Numbered from the whole stretch's first letter, positions 29,885 to 41,594 are shown. The stretch is 63,443 bases of DNA, filler included, from Deltaproteobacteria bacterium (GCA_016283195.1; 4 parts of 4 records of this genome joined end to end with filler, not necessarily neighbours in it); one strand, 5' to 3'. The notes: a model not told the origin generated them from the letters alone. Program-made: numbers and translations.

Positions 29885-31102
29885 TTACGGATTTTCAGGC
29901 GTATTGCAATCAGCGCCGGTGTATCCCCAAGCGCATTTGTTGCAATAGGCACCGTCCCAGTTGCCTGTGCAGGGGCAACCGGCTTTGTCGTCCCACTGCT
30001 CGCTATGTGCGCCGCAAGAATAATCTTTTATACAGCGTACAGTAAGCAGTGAGCCGCTATAACTACTGTTGCCAAACTTTAGACTGGGGATAGTAAATGA
30101 ATTGAATGTTTCATCAATAGCGATGCTGATATTGTAGATGTTATCATAGCCGGCGGCTATATATGTGGCGCTCCAAAAGTAGGCATAAGCATTACGGCTG
30201 TTAAGAGTCGGAGAACCATCATTGTTTATATAGCCCCAACCGGCTGGTAGAGCATTAAAGCCGGTGGGAGTTACCGAATTGGTAACAGCATAAGTCCACA
30301 GCTCATTGTCTTCTATTAGAGCGTAGGCTTTTTGATCTATACAATAGCCATTGTCATCACATACAGTTTCATAACCGGCGTTATACAAATAGTTTGATAG
30401 TTCAGCGAGATCCTTATACACCGGCAGGTGCCAACCGGTCGGACATACCTCCAGGGCATCATCATAGGAGTAAAGGCAGCCATAATTATTTTTAAAATTG
30501 CTGTCGGCAGGATCGGTATAGCATTTGATACCATTTTCCTCATTTTCGATCTGCATATTCTTCGCCATCCAGACCTGAGTGCCAATTGTTACTGTCGGAT
30601 AAATATTATGGTCATCGTCCATCATATAGCCATCCTGCAGAGTGTTGCAGTCTTCGCCCTCCCAGTAATCTGAGCAGCCGTCTTCTGCCCGGCAATGGCC
30701 GTTACTTTTGTCGCAGGTGCCGTTTTTGCAGGAACAGGGCTTACAGTTGGGATAAGTGCCCCACTCGTTGTCATGGCAAGCATTGGTGGTAGTTTCTTTA
30801 TCGCATTTTTTGCCTTCCCAGCCGCTTGCGCATTGACATTTGCTACTTTCTGCGTCCCAGGACCCATGCTCGCCGCAATCTTGCTCGTTGCATTTATCGC
30901 CCTTCCAGCCGATTGCACAAATGCACCCCACCGCTTCTTCGCTGTACTTGCCGTGCGAGCCACAGTCAGGCCTAATGGTATTATTACCAGGGTCAGTGGT
31001 AGGTTCATCTTCTGCCGGAGGAGTCGGTTTTTCTCCGCAGGCGGCTAAAAACAGGGCCAGAGTACAAACAACTAACGGAGAGAACAAACGGCTCTTTTTC
31101 AT
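29885..31102 (-). CDS. Lipoprotein with EGF-like repeats flanking a FISUMP domain, copy 4
   Basis: Lipobox LAAC; CICAIGWKGDKC, CQCASGWEGKKC; YPTVTIGTQVWMAKN, CPTGWHLP, GFNALPAG, TVRCIKD; extra C-terminal EGF unit. Confidence 0.88.
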   Translation of the reverse strand: MKKSRLFSPLVVCTLALFLAACGEKPTPPAEDEPTTDPGNNTIRPDCGSHGKYSEEAVGCICAIGWKGDKCNEQDCGEHGSWDAESSKCQCASGWEGKKCDKETTTNACHDNEWGTYPNCKPCSCKNGTCDKSNGHCRAEDGCSDYWEGEDCNTLQDGYMMDDDHNIYPTVTIGTQVWMAKNMQIENEENGIKCYTDPADSNFKNNYGCLYSYDDALEVCPTGWHLPVYKDLAELSNYLYNAGYETVCDDNGYCIDQKAYALIEDNELWTYAVTNSVTPTGFNALPAGWGYINNDGSPTLNSRNAYAYFWSATYIAAGYDNIYNISIAIDETFNSFTIPSLKFGNSSYSGSLLTVRCIKDYSCGAHSEQWDDKAGCPCTGNWDGAYCNKCAWGYTGADCNTPENP

Positions 31103-31221
31103 GGGATTTCCTTCCATTATTACAGAGCGTTGATAATTAGCACTTAAAGGGCTCCTCTTTAAGCTAAGACATTTTCCGCAAATTTTTTAAAAATGTACAC
31201 TGTTTTTTCCAAAAAAAATGC

Positions 31222-31250
31222 TTGTCACCGGAGATTTTGTCGGGCATAGT
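31222..31250 (+). promoter_or_regulatory. Putative sigma70 promoter of rubrerythrin-dnaJ
   Basis: TTGTCA-N17-CATAGT just upstream of the AGGAGG RBS. Confidence 0.45.
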
Positions 31251-31273
31251 GCCTACCCCTAGGAGGTGCCCCT

Positions 31274-31948
31274 ATGGCCAAATACAGATGTAAAGTGTGT
31301 GGCGAAGTTTTCGAAGTAGCCGCTGGGAAAGAACCCGTTTGCCCGCGCTGTGGTGTGCGCGGTGACAAATTAGTCTTAATAGCCGAAGAGCCCAAAAAGG
31401 AGGAAAAACCTATGAGTAAGTATGCCGGAACCGAAACCGAAAAGAATTTGCAAACCGCTTTCGCCGGGGAGTCGCAAGCTCGCAATAAATATACATATTT
31501 TGCCTCTGTTGCCAAAAAAGAGGGCTTTGAACAAATTTCGGCTATCTTTTTGAAAACTGCCGATAACGAAAAAGAGCACGCCAAAATGTGGTTTAAGGAG
31601 CTCGGTGAGCTGGGCAAAACCACCGATAACCTGGCGGCTGCCGCAAACGGCGAAAACTTTGAATGGACCGATATGTATAAAGGGTTTGCCGAAACCGCCG
31701 AAAAAGAGGGTTTTGGCGATTTGGCCGAAAAATTCCGCGCCGTAGCCGCTATCGAAAAGCACCATGAAGAGCGTTATCGCGCCCTTTTAAAGAATATCGA
31801 GAATAAAGAAGTCTTTAAAAAGAGCTCGGTTAAAGTGTGGGAATGTCGCAACTGTGGCCACATTGTTGTGGGCATGGAAGCGCCGGAAATTTGCCCCACC
31901 TGTGCCCACCCGCAGAGCTATTTTGAAATAAACGCTGAAAATTACTAA
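31274..31948 (+). CDS. rbr: Rubrerythrin with extra N-terminal rubredoxin-like CxxC..CxxC module
   Basis: [27 protein letters not shown]-terminal CRNCG..CPTC; N-terminal CKVC..CPRC. Confidence 0.93.
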   Translation: MAKYRCKVCGEVFEVAAGKEPVCPRCGVRGDKLVLIAEEPKKEEKPMSKYAGTETEKNLQTAFAGESQARNKYTYFASVAKKEGFEQISAIFLKTADNEKEHAKMWFKELGELGKTTDNLAAAANGENFEWTDMYKGFAETAEKEGFGDLAEKFRAVAAIEKHHEERYRALLKNIENKEVFKKSSVKVWECRNCGHIVVGMEAPEICPTCAHPQSYFEINAENY

Positions 31949-31953
31949 TCTAT

Positions 31954-33033
31954 ATGGCCGCGGCAAAAAATTATTATGCCATTTTGGGCCTGGATAAAAA
32001 TGCCACGGCCAAAGAGATAAAAAGCGCCTACCACCGTCTGGCTATGCAATATCACCCGGATAAGAATCCCGGTGATAAAGCGGCCGAAGAACATTTCAAA
32101 GAGATAACCGAAGCTTATAATGTGCTCTCCGATGAGCGCCAACGAGCTCGCTATGACCTTGGCGGCAGCGATTTTAATTTTAATTTTAATGGCACCGCCG
32201 GCGCTGATTTTATAAATGACATTTTCAGCCAGTTTTTTAACGGTGCCAAAAACGCCAGAGCCCGCGGGAAGCCGCATGATATTAAGGAAACTGTGCACAT
32301 TACTTTGGAAAACGCCGCTCTTGGCGCCACCATTAAGCGCACTATGCGCCTGGAAGAGCCCTGTGCCACCTGCCAGGGTACGGGAGCGAAGCCCGGCACG
32401 GCGCCCACTATTTGCGGCGCTTGTGGCGGTAGTGGGCGCATTGAGGTACCGCGCGGCCTTTTTAGCGTGAGTAGAGAGTGCTCATATTGTCACGGCCGGG
32501 GGCGTATTGTCCATGAGCCCTGTCCCACTTGTTTGGGGCGCGGAGTTCTCGCCAAAGATCGCACCTTTAATGTCACTATTCCGAAAGGTGCAGCCAGCGG
32601 CACCACGGTGCGCTTTAGGGGCGAAGGGCGCATAGAGCCGCAGGGGCGCGGCGATTTACTCTTTGTGATAAAGGTTGATAAGCACAAAGATTTTACCCGC
32701 GAGGGTAACGATATAAAATATAAGCTTTTAATCTCTGTTCCCCAGGCGGTTCTTGGCACTATGCGCGAGGTGCCGACTCTTTACGGCCCGGTTAATATGC
32801 GCATCCCGGCCGGTACCAAATCGGGCACAATTATGCGCCTCAGAAATAAGGGAATGCCCTTTATTAATAGCGATATGGTTGGTGATGAACTGGTGGAAAT
32901 TATTGTAAAAATTCCCACGAGCCTTACGCCGGAACAGGAAGCGCTTTATAAAGAACTGGCCCGTCTTGATGGTGAAATAGTCATCCCCCAGGAACGCACC
33001 GTGTGGGATCGCATGAAAGCTATGTTTGATTAA
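31954..33033 (+). CDS. dnaJ: Molecular chaperone DnaJ
   Basis: J-domain HPD, four CxxCxGxG repeats, C-terminal domain. Confidence 0.93.
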   Translation: MAAAKNYYAILGLDKNATAKEIKSAYHRLAMQYHPDKNPGDKAAEEHFKEITEAYNVLSDERQRARYDLGGSDFNFNFNGTAGADFINDIFSQFFNGAKNARARGKPHDIKETVHITLENAALGATIKRTMRLEEPCATCQGTGAKPGTAPTICGACGGSGRIEVPRGLFSVSRECSYCHGRGRIVHEPCPTCLGRGVLAKDRTFNVTIPKGAASGTTVRFRGEGRIEPQGRGDLLFVIKVDKHKDFTREGNDIKYKLLISVPQAVLGTMREVPTLYGPVNMRIPAGTKSGTIMRLRNKGMPFINSDMVGDELVEIIVKIPTSLTPEQEALYKELARLDGEIVIPQERTVWDRMKAMFD

Positions 33034-33074
33034 ATAAAATATCCCTAATATCCATATATATTCAAATAGTTCCG

Positions 33075-33116
33075 CCTCGCCATTTGTCAAAATGGAGAGG
33101 GGGTTAGGGGGTGAGG
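33075..33116. repeat. REP-like extragenic palindromic element between convergent genes
   Basis: cctcgccattt-gtca-aaatggagagg hairpin followed by GGGTTAGGGGGTGAGG tail. Confidence 0.55.
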
Positions 33117-33117
33117 C

Positions 33118-33738
33118 CTAGAATTTCTCCCAATGAATGCGGCTTTCGTCGAATTTGTCTTTGGGCTCGCCTTGGCCGGCCGGGTAGCCGAGCGGAATAA
33201 TGCTAAAGGGCACGGTTCCCGCCGGGAGCTCTAAAAATTCGCTGATGGCTTTTACTCTTTCATCTACAGAATAAACGCCCACCCACACGGCGCCTAGGCC
33301 TTTGCTGTGAGCAGAGAGCAGAATATTTTCGGTAACGGCGCTCATATCTTGAATCCAAAAGGCCTTTTCCATGCCTGGCTGACTTAAATCAACTGTCGCG
33401 AGCGGGATAATGGCGGCGCTGGCCGAAAGGAGCATTTTGGCGTGCGGATGGGCGGCGGCAAGAGCTTTTAGGCGTTCTTTTTGGGTAATCACCACAAAAG
33501 ACCAGGGGCGCCTGTCCATAGCCGAAGGGGCAGCCATGCCGGCTTTCAATATATCTGTGAGAACATTTTGGGGAATTTCCGCACCCTCTTTAAAGGAGCG
33601 CACACTTAAACGGGTTAAAATGGCTTCTTCGGCACTCATTTTGGCCTCCTGAGTGGTTTTAACATTTTCCGGGCATTTGCTTTGGCAGGCTGCGAAAGCC
33701 ATAAGTGGTGCCAAAAGTAAAAACAAGGCTTTTTTCAT
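33118..33738 (-). CDS. Nitroreductase family protein with lipoprotein signal peptide
   Basis: RLSVRSF, APSAMDRRPW, ENILLSAH..GLGAVWVG; N-terminal AFAAC. Confidence 0.9.
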   Translation of the reverse strand: MKKALFLLLAPLMAFAACQSKCPENVKTTQEAKMSAEEAILTRLSVRSFKEGAEIPQNVLTDILKAGMAAPSAMDRRPWSFVVITQKERLKALAAAHPHAKMLLSASAAIIPLATVDLSQPGMEKAFWIQDMSAVTENILLSAHSKGLGAVWVGVYSVDERVKAISEFLELPAGTVPFSIIPLGYPAGQGEPKDKFDESRIHWEKF

Positions 33739-34007
33739 TTCTTTTCCTTTTCTCCGGCATTTAGAGGTGGCCGGCAACCATTAACTGCTTAGTCTATTTA
33801 ATTAGCACGATTTTGTAAAAATTTTCTATATTGCCAAATGTATCAAATTATAATAAGCCCGCTTTCAAGGTATGCTTTGGGGGTGCCGTAAAATTTTATA
33901 GGGATAGTTTTTTTATGCGCTGCGAAATGGTTTGGTAGAATAGTTAACTGATGAGTATTTAAAAACTTTTTGCCGGCGCTTGTTCTATAGATGGTAGGAA
34001 AAGCAAA

Positions 34008-36080
34008 ATGAATAACGAACAATACGATATTACTTTGAAAAAGAGGGAAACGCTCAAATATCTGACTACTCGTGTACTTATGGTTTTTACTCTGCTTGGC
34101 GGACTGCTAATAAGTGTTTTAGCCATGAACTATATGGGCTATGTGGCTACCTCCTTTAATGCCCAGCTGGCTGCCCGTTTTGTCTCTTTATTGGCTCCGG
34201 GGATGGAGCGCATTTTAGCCGAAAGCGGTGAGGCGGAAAGAATCACCGCTGAGCTTGGGCGCTTGCAAGAACTGGAATTTATTTACTATAGTGCCCTTGT
34301 TGATGCAGATGGCAATGCTTTTGCTGAATGGCTGCGCCCCGGTGCGGCGCCTATTTTTAAGGCTAAAGCGGCTAAAAATATTGCCGATGGTGTCTTAGAG
34401 CGCAAGGGTAAAGCTTTTTATTTGAAAATAGCCCTTAAAGAGGGTAGCAAGTATAGCATTCTTTTCGGTATTGATGCCACCGGTATGATGATGTCTAACT
34501 TTGGTAAATTTAAATATTTTTATCTCTGGTTCTTTTTAGCGCTCTCACTGGTGGGCTTTGGCGCTATATATTTTGCCAATAAGCACCTTATCCGCCCGCT
34601 TACCGGTGTTGGTGATTATGCTGCCGAAATACTCACTAAAAACGATTTGACAATTACTCTCCCCAAAGAGAGCGAGACGGAAATAGGCCAACTGGCCGCC
34701 GTTATTAATACGCTGACGGCTAAAATACGCCATACGCTATTGGCTTTAAAAGATACCTGCAGAGCTTTTGAAGAGATAGTGAATGATTTGGGAAATTCCG
34801 GCGATACCGTCACCAAAGGTTCGGAGATTATTGAGCGGCATAGTGATAATACTATGAGTAAAATGGCAGAACTTGCCGATTCTTTCGGAAAAGTTTCGGC
34901 CAAATTGCAGGAGCTTACAGCGCAAACCGAGCGCGGCTCCACCACTGTTTACGAAATGAGCCAAGTAAATCAGGAAGTTTTTGGCAATGTTACGGCTATG
35001 AGCGCGGCGGTGGCGGAATCTATAGCCGCTACTCACCAAATGACCGAAGCCATTCAAAAAACAGGCGATTATGTAAAGCAGCTCAATACCGATATTGAAA
35101 GCGTCAATAGCTCCATGAATCGTTTGGATTCCTCTATTGCCCTGGAGGAAAAGAGTGCCAAGGATTCCATAGAGCTTTCAAAGGAGCTTAGTATTAATTC
35201 CGATAACGGTTTGCACGCTTTAAGGGAAACCATCAAAGGAATTGGCAAAATCAAAAAAAGTTCACATGAAACGGCCAGAGTTATTACTACTCTCGGCGAA
35301 CATGCCATGAATATCGGTAATATTCTCCATGTGATAGAAGATGTTACCAAGCAGACAAACCTTTTAGCCTTAAACGCTGCTATTATCTCGGCTCAGGCCG
35401 GAGAGCATGGGCGGGGATTTGCTGTTGTCGCTAATGAAATAGGAGCGCTGGCCGGGCGCACTAAAGATTCCACTAAAGAAATCGCCGATCTGATTAACGC
35501 CATCCAGGATGAAGCCCAAAAAGCCGTTGCGGCTATGGAGGAGAGCAATTTAACCATTGAGCAGGGCGCTCATGTTGGTGTGCAGGCGGCAAAAGCCTTT
35601 GATAAATTGAGAGAATCAGCCGATAAATCAGCCGTTTTGGCTAAATCCCTGTCGGCAGCTACTACCGAGCAGGCCGGCGATGTTAAAGCGGTAACCGAAG
35701 CCATTAAAACGATAACCTCCATGGTTGGTGAAATCAATAGAGCCTCGATAAGTCAGGCCAAAGAGGCCGAAGCTCTAAATGAGAGCACTGGTAAAATGCA
35801 CCTTTTAAACGAGCAAGTGGCACGTTCGAGTGAAGAGCAGGCTAAATCGGCTCAGGATGTTTTAAAAGCCATCAAAAATATTTCCGAGGTGGCCAATTTG
35901 GTAAGTAGCAGCCAAAAAGCTCAGACAGAGAGCACCAAACTGGCTGTCGTTACGGTTAATGATGTTGATAATTATGTGAAATCACAAAATGATTCAGCGC
36001 ATGATCTTACTGCCGCTATTAACGAAATAAATCAGCAAATCGGCAAGCTTTCGCAATATACCGGCGAGTTTAAAATATAA
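34008..36080 (+). CDS. Methyl-accepting chemotaxis protein 1
   Basis: Two TM segments, [31 protein letters not shown]. Confidence 0.95.
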   Translation: MNNEQYDITLKKRETLKYLTTRVLMVFTLLGGLLISVLAMNYMGYVATSFNAQLAARFVSLLAPGMERILAESGEAERITAELGRLQELEFIYYSALVDADGNAFAEWLRPGAAPIFKAKAAKNIADGVLERKGKAFYLKIALKEGSKYSILFGIDATGMMMSNFGKFKYFYLWFFLALSLVGFGAIYFANKHLIRPLTGVGDYAAEILTKNDLTITLPKESETEIGQLAAVINTLTAKIRHTLLALKDTCRAFEEIVNDLGNSGDTVTKGSEIIERHSDNTMSKMAELADSFGKVSAKLQELTAQTERGSTTVYEMSQVNQEVFGNVTAMSAAVAESIAATHQMTEAIQKTGDYVKQLNTDIESVNSSMNRLDSSIALEEKSAKDSIELSKELSINSDNGLHALRETIKGIGKIKKSSHETARVITTLGEHAMNIGNILHVIEDVTKQTNLLALNAAIISAQAGEHGRGFAVVANEIGALAGRTKDSTKEIADLINAIQDEAQKAVAAMEESNLTIEQGAHVGVQAAKAFDKLRESADKSAVLAKSLSAATTEQAGDVKAVTEAIKTITSMVGEINRASISQAKEAEALNESTGKMHLLNEQVARSSEEQAKSAQDVLKAIKNISEVANLVSSSQKAQTESTKLAVVTVNDVDNYVKSQNDSAHDLTAAINEINQQIGKLSQYTGEFKI

Positions 36081-36125
36081 TTTTTGCGATACAAAGCGCT
36101 AGCGAATGAGATTTGAGGGAAAGCC

Positions 36126-38189
36126 ATGAGTGCTGTGCAAGATAAATTAGAAAACAGATTAGCTTTTAGAAAGCGTCTCAAATATGTTTTTGCTTCCAGA
36201 ATCGGCGGTATAATCGGCGGTTTTGCGGTTATCGATTCTTTAGTGCTCTTTTTTGTGGCCCTAAGTTATGGTGCTTTGGTGTACCAGGCTCAGGCGGTTA
36301 ATGCCATGACATCCTTTATTACTCCTCACTTGGAGCTGGCACTGGATGGCGGCAGTGATGCGGAGCAGGTTCTCGGGAAATTTGCCGAGCTTTCTTTTGT
36401 CTCATATGCCTCTTTGACCGATAAACAAGGAAAAACGGTGGCCGAATGGAAGCAGGAAGGCGGTGGGGACTCTTTTCATCACAGTTATGCCCGGCATATT
36501 GCGCCCGGTGATTATGAATTTACCGCTAACGGTATGTATAACCGCTTTAAAATTAAAGATTATAGCTTGGTTGTCGGCACCTCTATTTCTGAGACTATGG
36601 GGCGCAACTTAGCTAATTATTGGCTACTCTATCTGCTAATTGGCGTTTTGGTTATCGCTTTAATAGCGATTGTCTTTTATCTCTTTAATAAGAGAGTTTT
36701 AAATCCTTTGGTGGATATTACCAGCTATGCTACTAAAATTATTGATGAAAACGATCTTACTATAACTATTCCGGCGAGTTACAGAAATGAAATTGGCCGG
36801 GTGGCTAAGTGCATTAATTTGGTGATGGCTAAACTGCGCAATATTCTTCTTGGGCTCAGTGAGACTTGCCGGGCTTTTGAGGAGATAAACGGCAATTTGC
36901 AAAAAGCCGGAAGCGCTATTACAACCAATGCCGGCGCCATTCATCAAAGTATAGGTAGAGCCAGAGAAATAACCGGCGAACTGACCAAATCATTTGCCGA
37001 TGTTTCCGGCAAGCTGGAAAATTTGGGGGCCCAGAGCGAGCGCGGATCCACCACAGTTTATGAGATGGGGCAGGTTAACGAGGAGGTTTATAACAATGTC
37101 ACAGCTATGAGCAGCTCAGTTAATCATTCCATCGCCGCTATTGAGGAAATGACCGGCACCATTGAGCAAACTGCCGGATATGTTGAACAATTAAGTTCCG
37201 GTATAAGTGTTGTTACTGCCTCTATGGGGCGTCTTGATACTTCTATAGCCGAAGAAGAAAAAGGGGCGCTTGATTCCATAGAAGTAGCCAAAGAGCTCTC
37301 CTTAAATGCCGCGAGCGGTATGGATGCTCTTAATGAGACCATTAAGGGCATAGGCGAAATTCAAAAGAGCTCCGCAGAGGCTACAAAAGTTATTGTCTCT
37401 TTGGGCAATCATGCCATGAATATCGGCAATATTCTCAGAGTGATAGATGATATTACCAAGCAAACTGGCCTGCTCGCCTTAAATGCGGCTATTATTTCCG
37501 CCGATGCCGGCGAGCATGGGCGCGGCTTTGCCGTTGTGGCCGAAGAAATCGGCGCTCTTGCCGGGCGTACCAAGGCTTCTACCAAAGAAATAGCCGGCCT
37601 CATCGCTACTATTCAAAGCGAAGCGCAAAAGGCCGTTGCGGTGATGGAAGAGAGCAATCTAACCATTAAACATGGGACCAAACTTGGTGCTGAGGCCGCC
37701 AGTGCTTTTGATAAACTCAAAGCATCGGCCGATAAATCGACCTTACAAGCAAAAGCCCTGGCAGCGGCCACCAGTGAGCAGACGGCCGATGTGGCGGCCG
37801 TTAATAAAGCTATCGCGGTAATAAGCAGCACGGTGGATGAACTCAATAATTTTGCTGCTCGCCAAGCCGAAGAAGCGGCTACCATGAATAAAGCGGCCGC
37901 TAAGATGAATTTGCTCAATCAGCAAGTGGCCCATTCCAGTGAGGAACAGGCCCGTTCGGCTAAAGATGTTTTAAAGGCTATAGAAAATATTTCCTCCATG
38001 ACTTCTATGGTCAAAGAGCAGCAGGAAGCGCAGATAGAGAGCACTAATGAAGCTGTGCAAGCTGTTGATTTTGTAAATAAAAACGCCCTAACTCAAGGAG
38101 AGGCCGCCGAGAAACTGGTGAGCATTATTGAGGCAATTAATAACCAGCTCTTGCAACTTGCGTCTTTTACCGGTGAATTTAAAATATAA
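36126..38189 (+). CDS. Methyl-accepting chemotaxis protein 2
   Basis: Two TM segments, [28 protein letters not shown]. Confidence 0.95.
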   Translation: MSAVQDKLENRLAFRKRLKYVFASRIGGIIGGFAVIDSLVLFFVALSYGALVYQAQAVNAMTSFITPHLELALDGGSDAEQVLGKFAELSFVSYASLTDKQGKTVAEWKQEGGGDSFHHSYARHIAPGDYEFTANGMYNRFKIKDYSLVVGTSISETMGRNLANYWLLYLLIGVLVIALIAIVFYLFNKRVLNPLVDITSYATKIIDENDLTITIPASYRNEIGRVAKCINLVMAKLRNILLGLSETCRAFEEINGNLQKAGSAITTNAGAIHQSIGRAREITGELTKSFADVSGKLENLGAQSERGSTTVYEMGQVNEEVYNNVTAMSSSVNHSIAAIEEMTGTIEQTAGYVEQLSSGISVVTASMGRLDTSIAEEEKGALDSIEVAKELSLNAASGMDALNETIKGIGEIQKSSAEATKVIVSLGNHAMNIGNILRVIDDITKQTGLLALNAAIISADAGEHGRGFAVVAEEIGALAGRTKASTKEIAGLIATIQSEAQKAVAVMEESNLTIKHGTKLGAEAASAFDKLKASADKSTLQAKALAAATSEQTADVAAVNKAIAVISSTVDELNNFAARQAEEAATMNKAAAKMNLLNQQVAHSSEEQARSAKDVLKAIENISSMTSMVKEQQEAQIESTNEAVQAVDFVNKNALTQGEAAEKLVSIIEAINNQLLQLASFTGEFKI

Positions 38190-38287
38190 ATGGCACCATT
38201 AAGAAAAAACATAAAAATTTAACTGATATAGCGCATATTTTTCGCTATAAAATCGCCTTTTAAATCTTAAATTTTTAGATAGATCTA

Positions 38288-38316
38288 TAGACAAAAGGCT
38301 TTTCTTTAGATATAAG
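38288..38316 (+). promoter_or_regulatory. Putative sigma70 promoter of MCP 3
   Basis: TAGACA-N17-TATAAG. Confidence 0.4.
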
Positions 38317-38390
38317 CCGTAGCTGCAAACGCTGCGGTGATAATAGCTGCCGCTCGTTCCCAAATTTTTTCCCACCAATTGGAGCCAATA

Positions 38391-39527
38391 ATGCCTGAGA
38401 GTTCAATTAGCGCCCAAATTACCGAAAAGAAGAATATACTTAAAACCCGTGTGGCCATTATTCTGTCGATAGTCGGTGTTATCGGTGCTTCTGTTATTGG
38501 TGCTATATCTCTGCCGGCTATGACTATGTCCTCGGTTATGTTAAATGCCGATATAGCTAAAGAGCATATTAATTATTTGGCTCCGGATCTTAGACGCGCT
38601 TTGGCCGGTGGCGATGCTGCGGCCATTGCCGCGGAGTTTGAAAAGACGCATTATCTCGATGATGTGGCCTACTTTGCTCTTGTTGATGGCCAGGATAATA
38701 TTCTCGCTGATTGGCAAGCTGATAATACAGAGCAAAAATTCAGTGCCAAAGTGGTTAAAAGCTTAGAACCCGGCTCTTTAGAGCGGCTGGGCTGGGCCTA
38801 TTATGCAAAAATACCGCTTGAAGACAAGGAAGGGCACGCTATTGTCATTGGCCTTGATTTTGCCGGCATCATGGCGGAACAGCTCTCGCAATTTGGTTCA
38901 TTTTACCTCTTCTTTGTCTTTTTTGTGTCCACTGTTATGTACATTGTTTTTTATCAATCGTCTAAGTATATGGCCGATCCGCTGGTGCGAGTAAGTGACT
39001 ATTTGAGCGAAATTTTGCAAAAAAGCGATCTCACTCGCCTGCATAAGATAGAATCCAAAACCGAGATTGGTAAGATAACGTTGGTGGTTAACACCATTAC
39101 TTTAAAAATGCGCAATATGCTTTTAGCTCTTAAAGATACTTGCGAAAAATTTACCGAGGTAGTTAAGGAGCTTGGCGATTCCGGTGATAACATCTCCAAA
39201 GATACGGTTACTATTAAGCAAAGTACGGTGGGAGCCAACAAAAAAATGGCTGAGCTCACCAGCTCTTTCTTTGAAGTTACCGCCAAATTGCGCGATCTCT
39301 CGGCGGAGAGCGAGCGCGGCTCCACCACAGTTTACGAGATGAGCCAGGTAAATCAGGAAGTTTTTGATAATGTCACGGCTATGAGCAGCGCAGTAACGCA
39401 GTCTATAGCCGCTATAGAAGAGATGACTGGCGCAATAGAAAAGACTTCCGGCCATGTGAGCCGCTTAAATAATGATATAGAAAGTGTTAATTCGGCTATG
39501 CAGCGGCTGGATAGCTCAATAGCCATA
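38391..39527 (+). CDS. Methyl-accepting chemotaxis protein 3, 3' truncated
   Basis: Paralogous to MCP1 and MCP2 ([18 protein letters not shown]); runs into the gap. Confidence 0.9.
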
Positions 39528-39627
39528 NNNNNNNNNNNNNNNNNNNNNNNNNNNNNNNNNNNNNNNNNNNNTTAATTAATTAANNNNNNNNNNNNNNNNN
39601 NNNNNNNNNNNNNNNNNNNNNNNNNNN
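39528..39627. other. Artificial contig-joining linker
   Basis: N44-TTAATTAATTAA-N44. Confidence 0.99.
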
Positions 39628-39917
39628 CCGGCAAGGTGGCCGAAAAGGCGCTTGGCCTGGCCGGCCTCACGGTTAATAAAAATATGATTCCCGGCGATCC
39701 GGAAAAGCCTCTTATCACCAGCGGGATTCGTTTGGGCACTCCGGCGCTCACCACTCGCGGGATGAAGGAGGGCGAAATGGCGCTTATCGGCCGCTTTATG
39801 GCCAAAGCGCTGGCCGCTCCCCAGGACGAAGAGAATCTTTTAGCCATAAGAAAGAGTGTGCTTGAACTGGCCAATGCTTTCCCGCTCTATCCGGAACTTG
39901 GTAATGAGTTGGCCTAA
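39628..39917 (+). CDS. glyA: Serine hydroxymethyltransferase, 3' fragment
   Basis: TVNKNMIPGD..P..TSGIRLGTPALTTRGM..FPLY. Confidence 0.93.
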
Positions 39918-39932
39918 ATTTAGGAGAAAACA

Positions 39933-41573
39933 ATGGGATTACATGAACTTGCCGGGAAAAAAGCCCCCAGATCGCTTCTCGAAAATGTGCCGCGCCTCAT
40001 TGCCGATTATTACACTGTAAAGGTGGATGCCCAAAAGGCCCCGGTGGCCTTTGGTACTTCCGGCCATCGCGGTAGTGCCAAAAACGGCACTTTTAATGAA
40101 GAGCACATTTTGGCTATTTGCCAAGCCGTGGTGGAATATCGCCAAAAAGCCGGTATTTCCGGGCCCTGTTTCATCGGCATGGATACTCATGCACTTTCCG
40201 AAGCTGCTCTTATTACGGCCGTGGAGGTTCTTGCCGCCCACGGTGTACAAATCCGCTTACAAAAGGGGCGTGATTATTCGCCGACGCCGGTTATTTCTAA
40301 GGCTATTATCTCTTATAATCGCGGGCGCAAGGAAGGGCTGGCCGATGGTATTATTATAACTCCATCTCATAATCCTCCGGCCGATGGCGGCTTTAAATAT
40401 AATCCACCCCACGGCGGGCCGGCCGATACAGCTATCACCGGCCTTATTCAAAAACGGGCCAATGAAATACTGGCCGGCGGGGTAGGGCAGGTGCCGCGCC
40501 TCTCTTTTGCCAAAGCGCTGGCTCTTGATAGCACTAAAGAAGTGGATTTAAATGGCGCCTATGTGGATGATTTAGTTAAAATTATTGATTTTAAACCGCT
40601 TTTAGGATGCAGCTTAAAACTGGCTGTGGATCCTCTTGGCGGCAGTTCTTTGCCGGTATGGCAAAAAATAATCGAGCAATATAAGCTGGATTTAACCATT
40701 GTTAATGATGCCATAGACCCCACTTTTTCTTTTATGACCGTGGATAAAGATGGCAAAATTCGTATGGATTGCTCCTCACCCTGGGCCATGGCCAGCTTAA
40801 TTGCCTATAGAGAAAAGTTTGATCTAGCTTTTGGCAACGATCCCGATAGCGATCGCCACGGCATTGTAGCCCGCTCAAGCGGCCTTATGAATCCTAATCA
40901 TTATTTATCTGCCGCGATTTATTACCTTTTTACCCATCGCCCTAATTGGGCAAAAGCGGCTAAAGTTGGTAAAACTTTGGTTTCGTCTTCTATGATAAAC
41001 CGGGTGGCCGCTCACCTTGGGCGTCAGGTGATGGAAGTGCCGGTAGGCTTTAAGTGGTTTGTGCCTGGCCTCTCCAGCGGTGAGGTGGCCTTTGGCGGCG
41101 AAGAGAGCGCCGGAGCCTCTTTCTTAACCCTTGACGGTGCCACTTGGACAACCGATAAAGATGGAATAATATTAGACCTTTTGGCCGCTGAAATGACTGC
41201 TGTCACTGGCAAAGACCCCGGTGAAATATATGCCGATCTTACCCAACAATTTGGCAATCCTGCCTATGGGCGCATTGATGTGCCCACCACCAAAGCCATA
41301 AAAGAGCGCCTTACTCATCTTTCGGCGGCCGATATGCAGGCTACCTCTTTTGCCGGGGAGAATATCACTGCCATTTTGACCACGGCCCCGGGCAATGGGG
41401 CGCCCATAGGCGGCCTTAAGGTGGAAACAGAGAACGGCTGGTTTGCTGCCCGCCCCTCCGGTACGGAAGATATTTATAAAATATACGCCGAGAGTTTTAA
41501 GGGGCCAGAGCATCTGACGCGCATCCAAAAAGCTGCCGAAAGCCTCATTTTGGATATCGCCGCCAAGGCCTAA
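39933..41573 (+). CDS. pgm: Phosphoglucomutase (alpha-D-glucose phosphate-specific)
   Basis: FGTSGHRG, TPSHNPP, DPDSDRHG, GEESAG, RPSGTE. Confidence 0.96.
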   Translation: MGLHELAGKKAPRSLLENVPRLIADYYTVKVDAQKAPVAFGTSGHRGSAKNGTFNEEHILAICQAVVEYRQKAGISGPCFIGMDTHALSEAALITAVEVLAAHGVQIRLQKGRDYSPTPVISKAIISYNRGRKEGLADGIIITPSHNPPADGGFKYNPPHGGPADTAITGLIQKRANEILAGGVGQVPRLSFAKALALDSTKEVDLNGAYVDDLVKIIDFKPLLGCSLKLAVDPLGGSSLPVWQKIIEQYKLDLTIVNDAIDPTFSFMTVDKDGKIRMDCSSPWAMASLIAYREKFDLAFGNDPDSDRHGIVARSSGLMNPNHYLSAAIYYLFTHRPNWAKAAKVGKTLVSSSMINRVAAHLGRQVMEVPVGFKWFVPGLSSGEVAFGGEESAGASFLTLDGATWTTDKDGIILDLLAAEMTAVTGKDPGEIYADLTQQFGNPAYGRIDVPTTKAIKERLTHLSAADMQATSFAGENITAILTTAPGNGAPIGGLKVETENGWFAARPSGTEDIYKIYAESFKGPEHLTRIQKAAESLILDIAAKA

Positions 41574-41594
41574 AAGATCTGTACCTTTTTAAAT

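Noticed and set aside
33739-34007. Riboswitch or sRNA upstream of the MCP array
   Set aside because: This is an AT-rich divergent promoter region in which I could recognise no conserved riboswitch motif.
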